DNA of 63,530 nucleotides, counting the filler, from Octopus bimaculoides (lineage: Eukaryota): NCBI RefSeq assembly GCF_001194135.2. It is 10 parts of 9 records of this genome, joined end to end, with 100 filler letters (N's around TTAATTAATTAA, not from the genome) between each part and the next. Parts side by side here need not be neighbours in the genome. Positions count along the whole stretch, not along the records: positions 36,452 to 40,722 come from NC_068986.1; positions 40,823 to 53,425 come from NC_068983.1; 8 more parts are not named here. One strand, 5' to 3'. Under the pieces are notes generated by a model. That model searched no databases. It was not told the origin of the DNA and was given only the letters and a program-made list of their open reading frames with translations. This document shows positions 36,352 through 49,976 of this stretch, in pieces. Position numbers and translations under genes: made by a program. Position 1 is the stretch's first letter. The number at the start of each line of letters is the position of its first letter.

Positions 36352-37287
36352 NNNNNNNNNNNNNNNNNNNNNNNNNNNNNNNNNNNNNNNNNNNNTTAAT
36401 TAATTAANNNNNNNNNNNNNNNNNNNNNNNNNNNNNNNNNNNNNNNNNNNNATATATACAGATATGTGTGTAAGTGTGTAAATACTGAACATCTTTATTT
36501 TCTTTATCATCATCATCACTATCATCATCGTCGTTGTCATCATCTATAGCACCCTCAAAGTCAACATCAGTGACAGCATCATTATTGTAATAATCAACAC
36601 TATCAGCACTATTGACATAAGAAAGCGACATTATCATCGCCAGAACCAGATTTAAACCGTGGGAGGCTCCGGGCACTTCAAGTTCGGTGGGTTCCTCACA
36701 CACAAGAATTAAAATCTTGGAAAATCACCAAATTTAAATGTCAAACCCGTGTAATTGAACTTAAATCTCAAAACGCATGTGATTGAATTTGACGAGTTAG
36801 CAGAGAAAGTTTAAATAAAACAACTGAAATTATCACTTTTATAGATACTCCTTTCAAAATTCTAAATTCGATTTTCACACATCCACTTGTGGTGTTTAAC
36901 TTTTTCTTCATTGTGGAAAGTACAATGAAAGAGGGAAGAGGGGGCAAGATTTTGTTTTAATGTGAGTTATAAATGTTTCGTAATGTGGAATATGATAAAA
37001 TGATGGAAAATTATGAAAACAAAAAGTATCAGTTTAGTTGCTGTTGTTGTTCCAAAGGCACGTTGAGTGTGTGGGGTGGAGTTGATACAAACATTTAAAA
37101 GACATGTTTTAAAAAGCTTGCCTTCGTTTCGCAATACGTGATAAAAATAGAGGTAAAAACACCGACAAAAATGGGGGAATTCCAACTTATAAGGGACAGA
37201 TATTCTGAAAGTCCATGTGAGAGGCTTAAATAGGTTGAATGATACAAGTATCCTGGATCCTAAATTCTTCATGTAAGAAAGAAGTTA

Positions 37288-37810
37288 GAACACGGCTAGC
37301 CATAACATGAACGTCCATAGAAAAGCTCAACATCTGGAGCAGCAAACTGTCCCAACTAAGTTAAAAACAAGGCTAGTGCGAGCGCTCTATTTGATTAATA
37401 GGCATTTATGGCTGCGAAGCATGGACACTGAGCAAAATTGAAAAGAATATAATCAATGCCTTTGAAATGTGGGTGTACAGGAGAATGCTTCGATTCTCTT
37501 ACAAGGACCTTCGGACAAATGAATGGGTGTTACATCAAGTAGGTCAAAGACAGTAACTCCTGAACGTTGTAAGAAAACAAAAGTTCCTCTATTATGGCCA
37601 TATTCGAAGAAGTAGAGGTCTGGGAAGCATTATCATGGAAAGAAGAGTAGAGAGTAGTAGATCAAGTGGCAGGCAAAGATCGCAATAGATGGACAATATC
37701 ACAAGCTTGTTAGTCAAAAGTGGCAACAGTTGGAGAACATGCTCTTAATCGGGAAACTTTCATTGTAATGTTATCAATGCGCTGCAGGCATACAATACAT
37801 GACGACGGCG
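37288..37810 (+). mobile_element. 5'-truncated RTE (BovB-like) LINE, RT C-terminal remnant
   Basis: IYGCEAWTLSKIEKNIINAFEMWVYRRMLRFSYKDLRTNEWVL..VRKQKFLYYGHIRR..GRQRSQ*MDNI. Confidence 0.9.
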
Positions 37811-38129
37811 ACAAACCGTACTATAATATTACGATTATTCATTGAAGTATTTCACTTCAAATGTTATTTTGTTTTCATATTGTATTATGAATAATAAGAA
37901 ATTATTTTCATGCATTAATGCGCTGGTATTGCTTGTTTTTATTTGTTTGTATTTTTTTCTCGAAAATATTAACGTGAAAACCAATTAAAAAATTGATTCG
38001 CGTTAAGGAAACGGATTATTATTATCATTAAGATGAAAACTAATCGAAAAATTGATTTCGCGCCACGGGATTTCACACTACGGCAACTTTTTCGGGACGC
38101 ATAACTTACGTAATAATGAGAGTTTAATT

Positions 38130-38370
38130 GTTTAGAGTGTGTGCCCTTAACGTGATTATCAGCTAGAATGAGTCTGACAATGTGACAAAGCTGGACCTTT
38201 GAATTGCAGGTACAGTCAGGGAAGACAGACAGACAGGCAGAGACAGAGACAAAGTGAGAGAGCAGAATGAGTTTCATTAGTTAACTGTGAGTATATTTAG
38301 CGGCCCCAAAAAGAATGAAAAGTAGAGTTGGCTTTAGTGTGGTTTAAACCCACTGCGCATGGAGCTGGAA
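38130..38370 (-). mobile_element. Degraded SINE with a family-B-type tail and a Meta-like domain
   Basis: CCCTTAACGT..GTGACAAAGCTGGACCTTTGAATTGCAGG resembles the B tail. CCCCAAAAAGAATGAAAAGTAGAGTTGGC resembles the Meta domain. Confidence 0.5.
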
Positions 38371-39122
38371 CGAATTATGCAAATCTTCGACATTCTTTTC
38401 CAGTTCGATGCCTTATACTATACTCCACCACCTACATTACACGAAATATATAATACACTGCACTACTCTACACTATAAAATATCACACTCCAAAACCCCA
38501 AAATCTGTTAAGAAAAACAACCATAACAACAACAACATTAATAACAATATTTGCTGGGGGCGTGTTTTATTCTTCACCCTTTCGTTGTATTCTTTCTTTC
38601 TCTTGCACTCTAAAATTTTACAAGGAAAAAATATTTTGTCAATTACACTAGTATATTACGGGTATTTGTTTATGCTCACATCGCTGCAGAGTGTTAAAGG
38701 TGAAGTGGAGTGCCAGCAAGTTTAAACCTCAGAATTTCACAGGAAGGACGTTAAATATCTTAGCTTAAGATATATAATAGTTCAATGGTCTCTGTATATT
38801 TATGTAGCCACGTTCAATGACGGAGGTCCAATGAAGAAATGAGAGATGTTGAGAGGAAGAAGCTAAAAGGAAATTAAGTTTTGTTGCACTTACCTGACTC
38901 GTCATTCTTTTCATTTGTTCTCAGCTGTTGATTCCATTCCGTTGTAGTGGAATTATGACACTGGACCAAAACAATCAACTATTTCTTACGTAGCGTTTTT
39001 TTTTCTGTTAGTTTGTCGTTGTTTTGCTATCTATGCAGCTTGTATTCGAGATGGTGTATCGCTAGAGTACATGGTAATTAGTGAAAAAAGGATGGGGAAA
39101 GTGAGTAAGATAAACACGGAGA

Positions 39123-39177
<55 letters not shown>

Positions 39178-39183
39178 TGTGTG

Positions 39184-39240
<57 letters not shown>

Positions 39241-40626
39241 GAAAGGTGGAGGTATAGAGATGGATAGGTAGAGTGAAAAGCTAGAAACAAATACGCGAAA
39301 TGGAGGATATACAGACAGACAGATAGATAAATTAAAGTAAGCGGGCGGCTCAGTTTGGTGAGTGTTGATTTTAATTCAGAGCCACTTCGATAATGGCGTT
39401 GGAGTCGTTTTGGTAGTGGTGGTGCTGGTGCTGGTGCTGCTGCTGCTGCTGCTGTTAATGTTGATAGAGTGGAACAATGTGATGGAAGAATTCAGTAGTG
39501 CTCTTTTGGTTACGAAAACACCAAATATTCGTAGCATAGAAATGTAAAGCGGTGAATTCTTGTGTTGACGGAAGGAGAGAGAGAGGGGGGGGGGAAGAAG
39601 GAGAAAAATATAATTAGAAAAATAGCAACATCACACGCGCACACGCACACATAGGCATGCATTGACACGCATGTACAGGTATAAAGTATAAAGAGAGACC
39701 GGAATAAAAGTATGTTGGGCTGAAGGGATGGGTATAAAGTGGAGTACAGATAGAGAGGAAATGTGGGTAGAATCGGCAGGAGTGAGAAATAAAAAGAATA
39801 GCTTATCTGTTGGTCATAATTACCGGAGATTATGTAGGAATATATTAGGAAATGGGGAAAACGAACAGAGAGGGGAAAGAGAGCTAGAGGGGAAATAAGT
39901 GAGGGGGTAAAAAAGAAGAGATAGGGAAATTTCGTGGGATGGGGTGAAGTGGGGAGAGGATAAAGAGGACTTTTGAGTAGAAGGAAGCATAAGGAAGAAG
40001 ATAAAGCAATATTATTTTCGTCAAGCCAACGAGCTTTTGCATAACCACCAGAATTGGTAGAAATAATAGCCAAGTCTCTTTCAAATCACAATACTACCGT
40101 TTTTAGAAATTAGAGGGAGGGACGGGACAGGATTGAACCGAACGAATTTTCATAAGTTCTTTCTCGATTAGCAATGATCTGGGTTTAAACAATAACAAAT
40201 ATAGGTAAATACGTATTTGACACTCACAAAATCAAAGTGAGCCCAAAAGTTTATTTCAGTAAAACATTTCATAATTATAAGTGGTACACACCACGAACAG
40301 CGAATAAAAAGTGAGGGAAAACGTTGGTCTTATTTTGAATAGTTTCGGCCCGGACACATGTGAGAATTCTTCAACAATCCACGGTTGGCACACACTAAGC
40401 AATACAAGTCACTAAATCCGGCAAATATCGAGCAAGTGTTGTAATTGTATGCTTTTCATGGATTATCCCAACGAAATACTTACAGATCAGTATCTGTAAG
40501 TATTTCGTTCGGATTTACAATTAAACGAGGAGTAGCAGCGTGTCCACGAGAAAGCTAATCGAGTTGAAATGAAATTAAAATTAAAACAAATTCGATTTTA
40601 CGAATGTCAAATAGAAAATTACCGAA

Positions 40627-40671
<45 letters not shown>

Positions 40672-40674
40672 AGC

Positions 40675-40722
<48 letters not shown>

Positions 40723-41617
40723 NNNNNNNNNNNNNNNNNNNNNNNNNNNNNNNNNNNNNNNNNNNNTTAATTAATTAANNNNNNNNNNNNNNNNNNNNNN
40801 NNNNNNNNNNNNNNNNNNNNNNTATATATATATAATCAATCGGTTATAGGATGTGTTCTTTTATATACATAAAGTAAATAAGTGGGGCTAATAGATCCGA
40901 GCAGATACCGTTCAAACACTCTAGTATAATCGGATCGAATGGTAAGGAATATTAGAGGAGTATTCGAGGTGAACAATTGCAATGTATTTCATCCGAGGGA
41001 CAAATCCCGGGTTCGCTTTGTTGGATAATAAACAGTATACTAAGAGAATATCCAAGACATTTCAAATAAAGAAGAATAATATATCTAAGCAGTAACCAGG
41101 AACAACGAGAAAAACAGACAAACAGTGAATCCAGCTCCCCTGGACACAACCTAGTGTCTTTGGACGTCTATTTTTCAGTGCGCGGTGAGGCACAAGCCAA
41201 GCCCTTGTTATAATTATGTATATATTTATAAAACACTTATATATATATGGCATTTATATAAGCTTAAAACTTATGCCATTCACCATGCAATGACTAAAGA
41301 AAATAGTCTAATAAAGGGGCATATAATCCCTCGACAGAAAAAAGAAGGCTTTCCTATCCGCGTGTAAAGGTAACACACTTAGTCGCGTTAACAAAGGGAT
41401 GTAGGTTCGTGTCCCACGCGGAATAAAAACAATGGGGACACTTGTCCTCTTTTTCCTGTCCCTCCAATTGTTGCTTTTCCTGTCCGCCTTTGTATCGTCT
41501 ATTTGTCCGGATGTCTTATTGTCCTCTATTGCGATTTTCTTCCATTTCTATAATCATATATACATATAGCGGCGTACATACACCTGATATATATATATAT
41601 ATATATATATATAGGTA

Positions 41618-41970
41618 GGCGCAGGCGTGTCTGTGTGGTAAGTAGCTTGCTTCCCAACCGCATAATTCCGGGTTCAAGCCCACTGCATGGCACCTTGGGC
41701 AAGTGTCTTCTACTATAGCCTCGGGCTGACCAAAGCCTTGTGAGTGGATTTGGTAGACGGAAACAGAAACAAGCCCGTCATATGTATATATATATATATG
41801 TTTGTGTGTCTGTGTTTGCCCTCTCTAACATCGCTTGACAACCGATACTGGTGTGTTTATTTCCGCGTTACTAAGCGGTCTTGTGTTCGATCTGTTCGAC
41901 TAAAGACAGTGCTCCGGCATGGCCACAGTCAAATGACTGACGCAAGTAACAGAGTAAAAGAATAAAAGAA
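41618..41970 (+). mobile_element. Near-complete family-A SINE: tRNA head, CORE-like block, (TA)n/(TG)n, LINE-like tail
   Basis: A box TGTCTGTGTGGTAAG, B box GGTTCAAGCCC, CACCTTGGGCAAG, and a tail ending GCATGGCCACAGTCAAATGACTG. Confidence 0.85.
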
Positions 41971-42019
41971 TAACTATATATACTTTAATAGGTTTCGTCC
42001 AGTATTGGCCAGCAACAAC

Positions 42020-42482
42020 AGACCCCAACGACATCAGCAATGTCATTGATTGTCTTCCGACGATCCTCATGCACAAACTGATGGATTTTCTCCTCATTCC
42101 CGGGAGTGACGCACTTGGCAGGTCTTCCAGGGACGTTCTTCCGCTTTTGAAGCGCCCGTGGCACTTGAAACATTGCGTACGATCCATTGTCTCGTCACCG
42201 TAAGCTTACCAAAGCATGTCCAATGTCTCTGTAGCAGACTTCCCAAGTTTAAAACAAAATTTCACGTTTACTTTTTGTTCCAACTTCCTGTCCGTGACAA
42301 AAATCGCAGACTACATCATACACGTGATCACAAAACACTAATTTCAAAACTTGTGAAGTAAACACAGCGATGTCACTCGGCACACTACCTCATGATGGTC
42401 ACTGCTAGCTCTCACTGCGCATGCAACCGTGTGTTGCCATCTGTTGGCGCACTACAGAACAAGTCCTGAAACGTTTTGATAT
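42020..42482 (-). mobile_element. mariner transposase N-terminal remnant with a probable left TIR
   Basis: LEQKVNVKFCFKLGKSATETLDMLW*AYGDETMDRTQCFKCHGRFKSGRTSLED and EEKIHQFVHEDRRKTINDIADVVG (mariner HTH region). Confidence 0.88.
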
Positions 42483-42484
42483 AT

Positions 42485-42700
42485 TTTATCTTTTCTTTTA
42501 CTTGTTTTAGTCATTGAACTACAGCCATGCTGTGGCATCGCATTGAAAAAATCTAGTCGAGCGAACCGACTCCAGTAATTACTTTTAAAGCCTGGTACGT
42601 ATTTTATTGGTCTCTTGAGCCGAACCGCTAAGTTACGGGAACGTAAACTCACCAACAACGGTTGTCTAGTTGTGGTTGTGGGACAAATATAGACATAGGA
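42485..42700 (-). mobile_element. Family-A SINE tail
   Basis: TTAGTCATTG..GCCATGCTG..CCTGGTACGTATT..GAACCGCTAAGTTACGG is the reverse complement of the 41820-41970 tail. Confidence 0.75.
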
Positions 42701-43869
42701 TATCAGTAGTTCTAACCCAACACAGACTGCAAAAGCTAAGAGTAACTTCAATGCAACGCAGTCTGACGATGGATTAACAGGCCAAAACTTCGAAGTTACT
42801 GTCAATGTTCTTGTTGAATAATTTTTACTCTACAAAAGGAAAGATTAACCAATCATATGTGTGCGTGTGTTTGTGTGTGTGGGTGTTTGTGATTGAGTGT
42901 GTGCGTTTATGATTGTGTGTGGATGTGTGGGGTATGGGGTGTACTCACCTGGAATATCTTATCATTGAGACTTTTCGAATCGCATGATATGATTAGAATT
43001 ACAGCATTACATCTGGTTTAACTTTGCTATTAAAGATGCAATTCTCATATCTACAACACAACCGATTGCCGAGTCCGACTATCAGACTCTTATAGCTCGT
43101 TTAACCTACTAGAAGAAGCAGCCAGTGATTCTCAAATCAAACGCTAACGTCTTAATTAAAGAACACGTTGGACCTCAGAGACATTGCTATACAGATATGC
43201 CCGGTTGGGCACCGATGAAGCGTTATTGATCATAAGACTCGTCAACCAGAAATAACCTAGGGCTAAACAACTTTGGCATAAACTGTGACAGTAATTAATA
43301 ACCAATCTTTTTTTTTCTTTTTTTTTTTCCTTTTTTGTTTTAATGATACCTATCTTATTAAGTTTGATGCGTCTCTCGGCAAAATAGAAAATACATTGTT
43401 ATAGCAATAATTGTGTCAAAGACCGATTTCATGGAAGCGGTTCAGCCAATATCGTTCAGTAATGAAGTTTGTCGTTTTTATCAAAAATAGTTCCCATATC
43501 AAAGAGAAAATCTAATTTAGTAAAAACAAGAATCCTTTGAAAAGAGCAATCTGTGAATGGATCTGATGGAAAGCAAACTCTAACCGAATCGCTTTCATAT
43601 AGAGGCAATCAATATTAACAACTGTTACGGTGTGACGAGTAAGAAACACGTTTGTCATAACTATGATGATGTTAACTCACCATAAACAAACCATACGACT
43701 TGGTTTTTTATCCACGTTCTTCGTTGTTCCACTTCATTTTCCTTTATTTACTACTTTAGCTCTATTTTTGAAATAATTCAGGGTGCGTCGACAAAAAGAA
43801 CGCTTCTATTCCCTGTCTTTGACGATGCTGTTTCTCAGATTCTAGTAGGATCTTCACTTCACTACTTTA

Positions 43870-44200
43870 CTTTGTGATGGGTTTGAATGGAGGGGTTGTA
43901 CCCATACACACGCACCCAGGTAGCAGCGATAACGATGGCATTAAGTAATTTTTTTTAACTAGAAGAGTAGTGAGCTTGAGTAGAGGTGACACACTGTCAG
44001 ATACATTCGATGGACAGAGGCCACTGCAGTAGCCGTACAACATTCTGAGTGAGGAGACCACATATCTGGGAGTCAGGGTTGAGGTGTGTTGATATATCTG
44101 ATAGGGAAGGGTTGCTATGGTCGTTTCTCGATGATATCTTTTGCACTCACACACCCAACTAATGAAGAATTGGAAATATTTTGGAAACCCATTTCTGAAC
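43870..44200 (+). mobile_element. Possible R4/Dong-like retrotransposon ORF remnant
   Basis: Only the weak motif HPTNEELEIFWKPI, resembling P..EE...FW..IW upstream of the RT in such elements. Many stops. Confidence 0.3.
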
Positions 44201-44215
44201 GCATACATACATACA

Positions 44216-44249
<34 letters not shown>

Positions 44250-44460
44250 CATACATACATACATATATACATACCTACATACATACATATATACATACCT
44301 ACATACATACATACATATATCAGTGTTGCTATTAAGTTAGACATGGCCTGAGCCAATACTTGACCGAATCATATTTAGCACGCACACACACACAAACACA
44401 TACACACATACACACACACACACAAACACATACACACATACACACACACACATATATATA

Positions 44461-44625
44461 TACGACGGGCTTCTTTCAGTTTCCGTCTACCACATCCACT
44501 CATAAGGCTTTGGTCTGCCCGAGGCTACAGTAGAAGATACTTGTCCAAGGTGCCATGCAGTGGGACTGAACCCGGGACCCTGTGGTTGGCAAGCAACTTC
44601 TTATCACACTGCCACACCAGCGCCT
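44461..44625 (-). mobile_element. Family-A SINE
   Basis: ACGACGGGCTTCTTTCAGTTTCCGTCTACC..GTGGGACTGAACCCGG. Confidence 0.85.
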
Positions 44626-45254
44626 AAATGAAGAATGTCTCTGATCCAATATCACAGCAAATACCTGCATCGCAAACGAAGATCTATATCCCGCTTCTAT
44701 AGTAGCAAGTTACAGCTTCTTGTTTAAAAGGATGGGACTGGATAATCGGTAATTATGCAAATTTGATGCCATATAAGGATATGATTGATTCCAAGACCTT
44801 TATTCCAACCTGGCAAAAGGTTAAAAGTGCACTAATTTTATGAGATTATGATGGAATCCTTTCAACGATAGTTAAAATGTGACAGTTGAAAATTGTACGC
44901 TAAAAAAAATAAATCAAACAGCGTTTCAACTCTGTGTGAATATATGTGTGAGTATATAAAAGGAGGATATGTGAATGTGTGTGTGCGTGTGCGCGCGCAA
45001 TGGAAGTGGGATTGTTCATCTTTGTTTGCTTAGTATTTGAGTTTATTTTTGATTTGGATGAATCTTGTTTTTTTTTAAATTTTGCTGGTCAGTTATTTTT
45101 AGCGTTTAGACAGAAAAAGGTCATACTGAAATTGTTTTTTAGCGTAAGCGTGCCCAAACTAGTTGAATGCTTACACAGAGCAGGTTTTGCAGCCACATCA
45201 TGCAAACCGACCCGGTGAAACTGGGCTTAGCTTCTAGTATATGTATATATATAT

Positions 45255-45420
45255 ACGACGGGCTTCTTTCAGTTTCTGTCTACTAAATCCACTCACAAGG
45301 CTTTGGTGGGCCCGAGGCTATAGTAGAAGACACTTGCCCAAGGTGCCACGCAGTGGGACTGAACCCGGAACCATGTGGTTGGTAAGCAAGCTACTTACTA
45401 CACAACCACTCCTGCGCCTG
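45255..45420 (-). mobile_element. Family-A SINE (well preserved)
   Basis: Near-consensus copy including CACTTGCCCAAGGTGCCACGCAGTGGGACTGAACCCGGAACCATGTGG. Confidence 0.88.
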
Positions 45421-45539
45421 CCATACAGCCACTCCTGTGCCTCACAATTCCAACAACATATTCGTCAAATGCCACCTCTGTATTATAAACTGGCACTCCG
45501 TCGGGTATGTCGACAAGTGGTCCCAGTTATATATTGAAA

Positions 45540-45738
45540 TGCTGGTATAGGCCAGCAAGTTCGTGGGGAGAGGTTAAGTCGATTGCATCAACCCAAGTGT
45601 TCAATCGGTACTTATTTTATTGATCCAGAAAAAAAAAATGAAAAACGAAGTCGACTCTGGTGGAATTCGAACTCAGAACGTAAAGCCGTTAACCATTTAA
45701 CCTGACTGGCTAAAGATTCCGACAGCTCAACGCCTTAC
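45540..45738 (-). mobile_element. SINE family C (MetaSINE-like)
   Basis: AAGTCGAT..GGTACTTATTTTATTGATCC..AAGTCGACTCTGGTGGAATTCGAACTCAGAACGTAA. Confidence 0.78.
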
Positions 45739-46846
45739 CGCTGTAATTAATTGTTTAGAACAATACACCAGATTGTATAAGCATGTATTTTATTAGTTTC
45801 CGTAAAACAAATATGGGATGCAATGGCGTCGAGACAAGCTTTTACCTGTCATTCTACCGGTTGGTGATAGTAATGTAATCGAAACATTTTTCTATTTCAG
45901 TAGAAATAAGTTCTCACCAGAATGTGTCTTAAGGAATGAGTTGTGATGAAATTATCTTGTAAATTACGTTATTCCAAGTGAATTCTCGTCTTCCTAATTT
46001 TTATCTAACACCTCGACGTTTTTGGCAATATTCAATTATAGATAAATTCTTATTTTCCTACATACAGAAGCGTCTTTGGAATTCTTGAATAAAAATTTTG
46101 GCTTACTGAGGAAACGTATTCTATAAACGAAGTCGATGATTTTCAAGTTTCTTCACACTCTCCTTCATATTTCAGTAAATATATTCTTGTAAGTCGTATT
46201 TTTTTTTTTTGAATCTCAACAACGGTGTTTGCTTGACAACACAAAACACGATAAACCTACAGAATGAAAAAGAAAAAAAATTCATTCTTTGCTTCTGAAA
46301 TTCACAAAAATGTGTTTTNNNNNNNNNNNNNNNNNNNNNNNNNNNNNNNNNNNNNNNNNNNNNNNNNNNNNNNNNNNNNNNNNNNNNNNNNNNNNNNNNN
46401 NNNNNNNNNNNNNNNNNNNNNNNNNNNNNNNNNNNNNNNNNNNNNNNNNNNNNNNNNNNNNNNNNNNNNNNNNNNNNNNNNNNNNNNNNNNNNNNNNNNN
46501 NNNNNNNNNNNNNNNNNNNNNNNNNNNNNNNNNNNNNNNNNNNNNNNNNNNNNNNNNNNNNNNNNNNNNNNNNNNNNNNNNNNNNNNNNNNNNNATACAC
46601 GTACATCTATCTATGTATATATATTTATACATATATACATGTCATACATATATGCATATATATATAAATATATATACACACATGCATATATTATATATGT
46701 CATACATATATGCATATATATGTAGATACATATACACACATATACATATATACATATATGTGTGTGCGTGTATATGTATATATATCGTACGTTTATAAAT
46801 TCATTCGCAGTATTGTTTTATACTTTCTTTCGCATGTTTATATTTC

Positions 46847-46877
<31 letters not shown>

Positions 46878-47847
46878 GCTTGTGTGTGTTTGCACGCGTG
46901 TATGTGTGTGTATAAATTCAAAAATACGTGTTTATGTTTTTATGTCAAACATAATTTTCTTCCTTTCTTTCCTTTTCTCCCCCCCCCCTTCTCTACGCCA
47001 TTTTTGCATTCTATTTAGAATTGGGTAGAACGGCAGCGGCAGCCATTCTAAGTGACTCCAAACATAGTTTTACATGGAATCCTGCAATAGAAAGGTATAA
47101 AGGTGAGTGTATCGATCACCAGTAAATGTTATCACCTTTAAACTCCTTGCAGCGGCCAATATTTATTCATAGAATTATTGATTTCTCACAATACAATATC
47201 GATCTCTTCTACACTACTACATATTCAAACATTACAATTCATGTATTTTTCTCCTTCTTTTTCTATACTTAAATACATATTTCTTTCAAATAATTCCTGC
47301 ACTGGACTCCTCCTCCTCCCCCTCCTCCCACTTCCTCCTCAAACACTCGTCATCCTCTTCTTTTTCTCTTCATTCCGTTCTCTCTCTCTCTTTCTCTTTC
47401 TCTTTCTCTTCCAACAAAAACAATCGCAGATTTTGCCTGTTATTTAACTTTTTTACTTTTTATATAATTTTTCTTGGATTCTATATTAATAAATTTTTAT
47501 TTTAGAAGTTCACAATTGATTTTCAATTATTCTCGACGACTTCGTTCTATGTGTTTTGTATTTTTCATGTCCATTGAACTCTTTCGATTCAGACATTTCG
47601 TCATCACACCAGGGAAAACACTTTCGTTACATCTGATGCTTTTGCCAATCTGAAATTAAAAATAAAGAAACATTCTTTTATTAAATTCTCTGATGACATC
47701 AAATGGAATTATGATTTCCTCGTTTTATTTTCAAATGAGCATGCGTGAATCGTAATAATAATAATAATGAGAAGAAGAAGAAGAAGAAGAAGAAGAAGAA
47801 GAAGAAGAAGAAGAAGAAGAAGAAGAAGAAGAAGAAGAAGAAGAAGC

Positions 47848-48610
47848 GACCATGCTGGGGCACCACCTTGAAGGGTATGGTCGAAAAAATTGACCACGGT
47901 GGCGATACTTCTTTTACTTGGCAATTCCATCCGAACATGCTAACTTTCGGGGATGTAAACAATGTAACACCGGTTGACAAGCAGTAGCGTGATAAACACA
48001 AGCACAAGGAGGCATACAAACACATATACTCAGGCGTGGCTGTGTGGTAAGTAGCTTGCTTACCAACCGCATAGTTCCGGGTTCAGTCCCAGTGCGTGTC
48101 ACCTTGGGCGAATATCTTCTGCTATAACCTCCAGCCGACCAAAGCCTTGTGAGTGGACTTGGTAGACGGAAACTGAAAGAAGCCCGTCGTATATATGTAT
48201 ATAGATAGAGAGAGAGATAGATAGATAGATAGATAGATGGGGGTGTATGTATATGTTTGTGTGTCTATGTTTGTCCCAACCAGCATCGCTTGACAACTGA
48301 TGCTGGTGTGTTTACGTCCCCGTAACCTAGCGGTTCGGCCAAAAGAACCCGATAGAATAAGTACTAGGCTTACAAAGAATAAGTCCTGGGGTAGATTTGT
48401 TCGAGTAAAGGCGGAGCTCCAGCATGGCCGCAGTCAAATGGCTGAAACAAATAAAAATAAAAAAACGAATAAAAGAATATACACAGTTCCCGTCTAATAA
48501 GTTCACTCACAAAACACTGGTCGATCCGGTACAATTGCAGAAAGCACTTGCTTAAGGTGCCGTGAAGTGGGACTGAACCTGAAACCACGTGGCTGCAAAA
48601 CGATCGTCTT
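47848..48610. mobile_element. Family-A SINE cluster: - tail (47848-48010), full + copy (48026-48480), - head (48485-48610)
   Basis: Matches to the head and tail of the 41618 and 45255 copies in both orientations. Confidence 0.8.
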
Positions 48611-49044
48611 AACGATACTTATGTATGATTATTTTTCAATTAGCTACAAACGCTCCTGGGGACAAGATAATGGACTGCATCCACTTTGTCTTACTACATC
48701 ACATTGTTCGGTCAAAAAAAGATGAACATTAAATGCTGCGGTCACGTATTTGTTTCGTGCGATTCTCTGTTGTGTCTACTCACTGACCAACAGCCGACAG
48801 TCGCCGCGTTCCGTGATGCCTGTCCTTTACTAAAGGACACGAAGTCACAGGGATTGACAAACGATGGGGGCTATATAATCAGACATAAAGGAATGAGAGA
48901 TCTCCTTTACAAACACACACACACACATACACACAAAGACGCTTTCATATTCCCCACAATGTTATTGTTTCTTTCAGAGCCTCGTTTATCGAATAAGTTT
49001 AAATAAAGAATTTTAATTAAAAGTCACATATAGAAGGATTTCAT

Positions 49045-49655
49045 ACTGGTTTCAAATTTCGGCACAAGGCCAGCAATGTTGGGGAAGGGGTAAGTCGATC
49101 CCAGTGCTCAACTGGTACTTATTTTATCGATCCCGAAAGGAGAGAAAGCAAAGTGGACCTCGGTGGAATTTGAACTCAGAACTTAAAGACAGACGAAATG
49201 CCGCTAAGCAGGATCGCCACCTTGTTCATGGACCACATATTAATGGATAAAGGACAATCGATTACATCGATCCCGTTGCTTTGTGATACATTTATTTTAT
49301 CGACCTAAATCAGATGGAAGTAAAAAATGACGTGACCAGGGTTCGAACCAAAGACGTAAATGGACGAAGCTAAATAAAATGTGTTTCATTCGTCACTCTG
49401 AGAATGATGTCATCTCCTGCACTTTTAATATATTTTTTCCTAATTTAGGCACAAGGCCAGCAATTTTGAGGAGAAGGGTTAGTCTATATCATCGACCACA
49501 ATACTTGACTGGTACTTCATTTAATCGACGAAGGAGGAGTGAAAGGCATAATTGACCTCGGCGCATAATTGAACTCAGAATGTAAAGAGCCGAAACAAAT
49601 ACCACTCTCCGTTTCTCCGTGTTCCAACGATTTGGCCATCATACCGCCCCGCTCC
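49045..49655 (-). mobile_element. Tandem family-C SINE copies (49045-49220, degraded 49250-49370, 49443-49655)
   Basis: Repeated GGCACAAGGCCAGCAAT..GGTACTT..ATCGA..GACCTCGG..GAACTCAGAA blocks. Confidence 0.78.
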
Positions 49656-49976
49656 ACGCTTTAAATATTTATAGTTATCGCAGTAGTGGATGCTTTCATC
49701 AATACGAAATAATTATATTATCACAACCCAACAATACAATTTCCATTGGTTTCCTGTAATGGAATTACAACAAACAAATATAACTGGCAATGAAAAATAA
49801 CGAAATTTTCGCAAACATTTACTAATCTAGTTACGACATTGAAAACAAAATAATATCGTTGTAACGACAATATTCTTAGACCAAACGTAAAAAGCCGAAT
49901 AAAAAGGAACGTCGTAAAGAACGGCTTCAATAATGCCCGGATGAAGCAGAAATACCACGGGGATATTGTTACCATT

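Noticed and set aside
46068-46188. Exon-like segment with a good acceptor and GTAAGT donor (EASLEFLNKNFGLLRKRIL*)
   Set aside because: All three frames contain stops and there is no recognisable homology.
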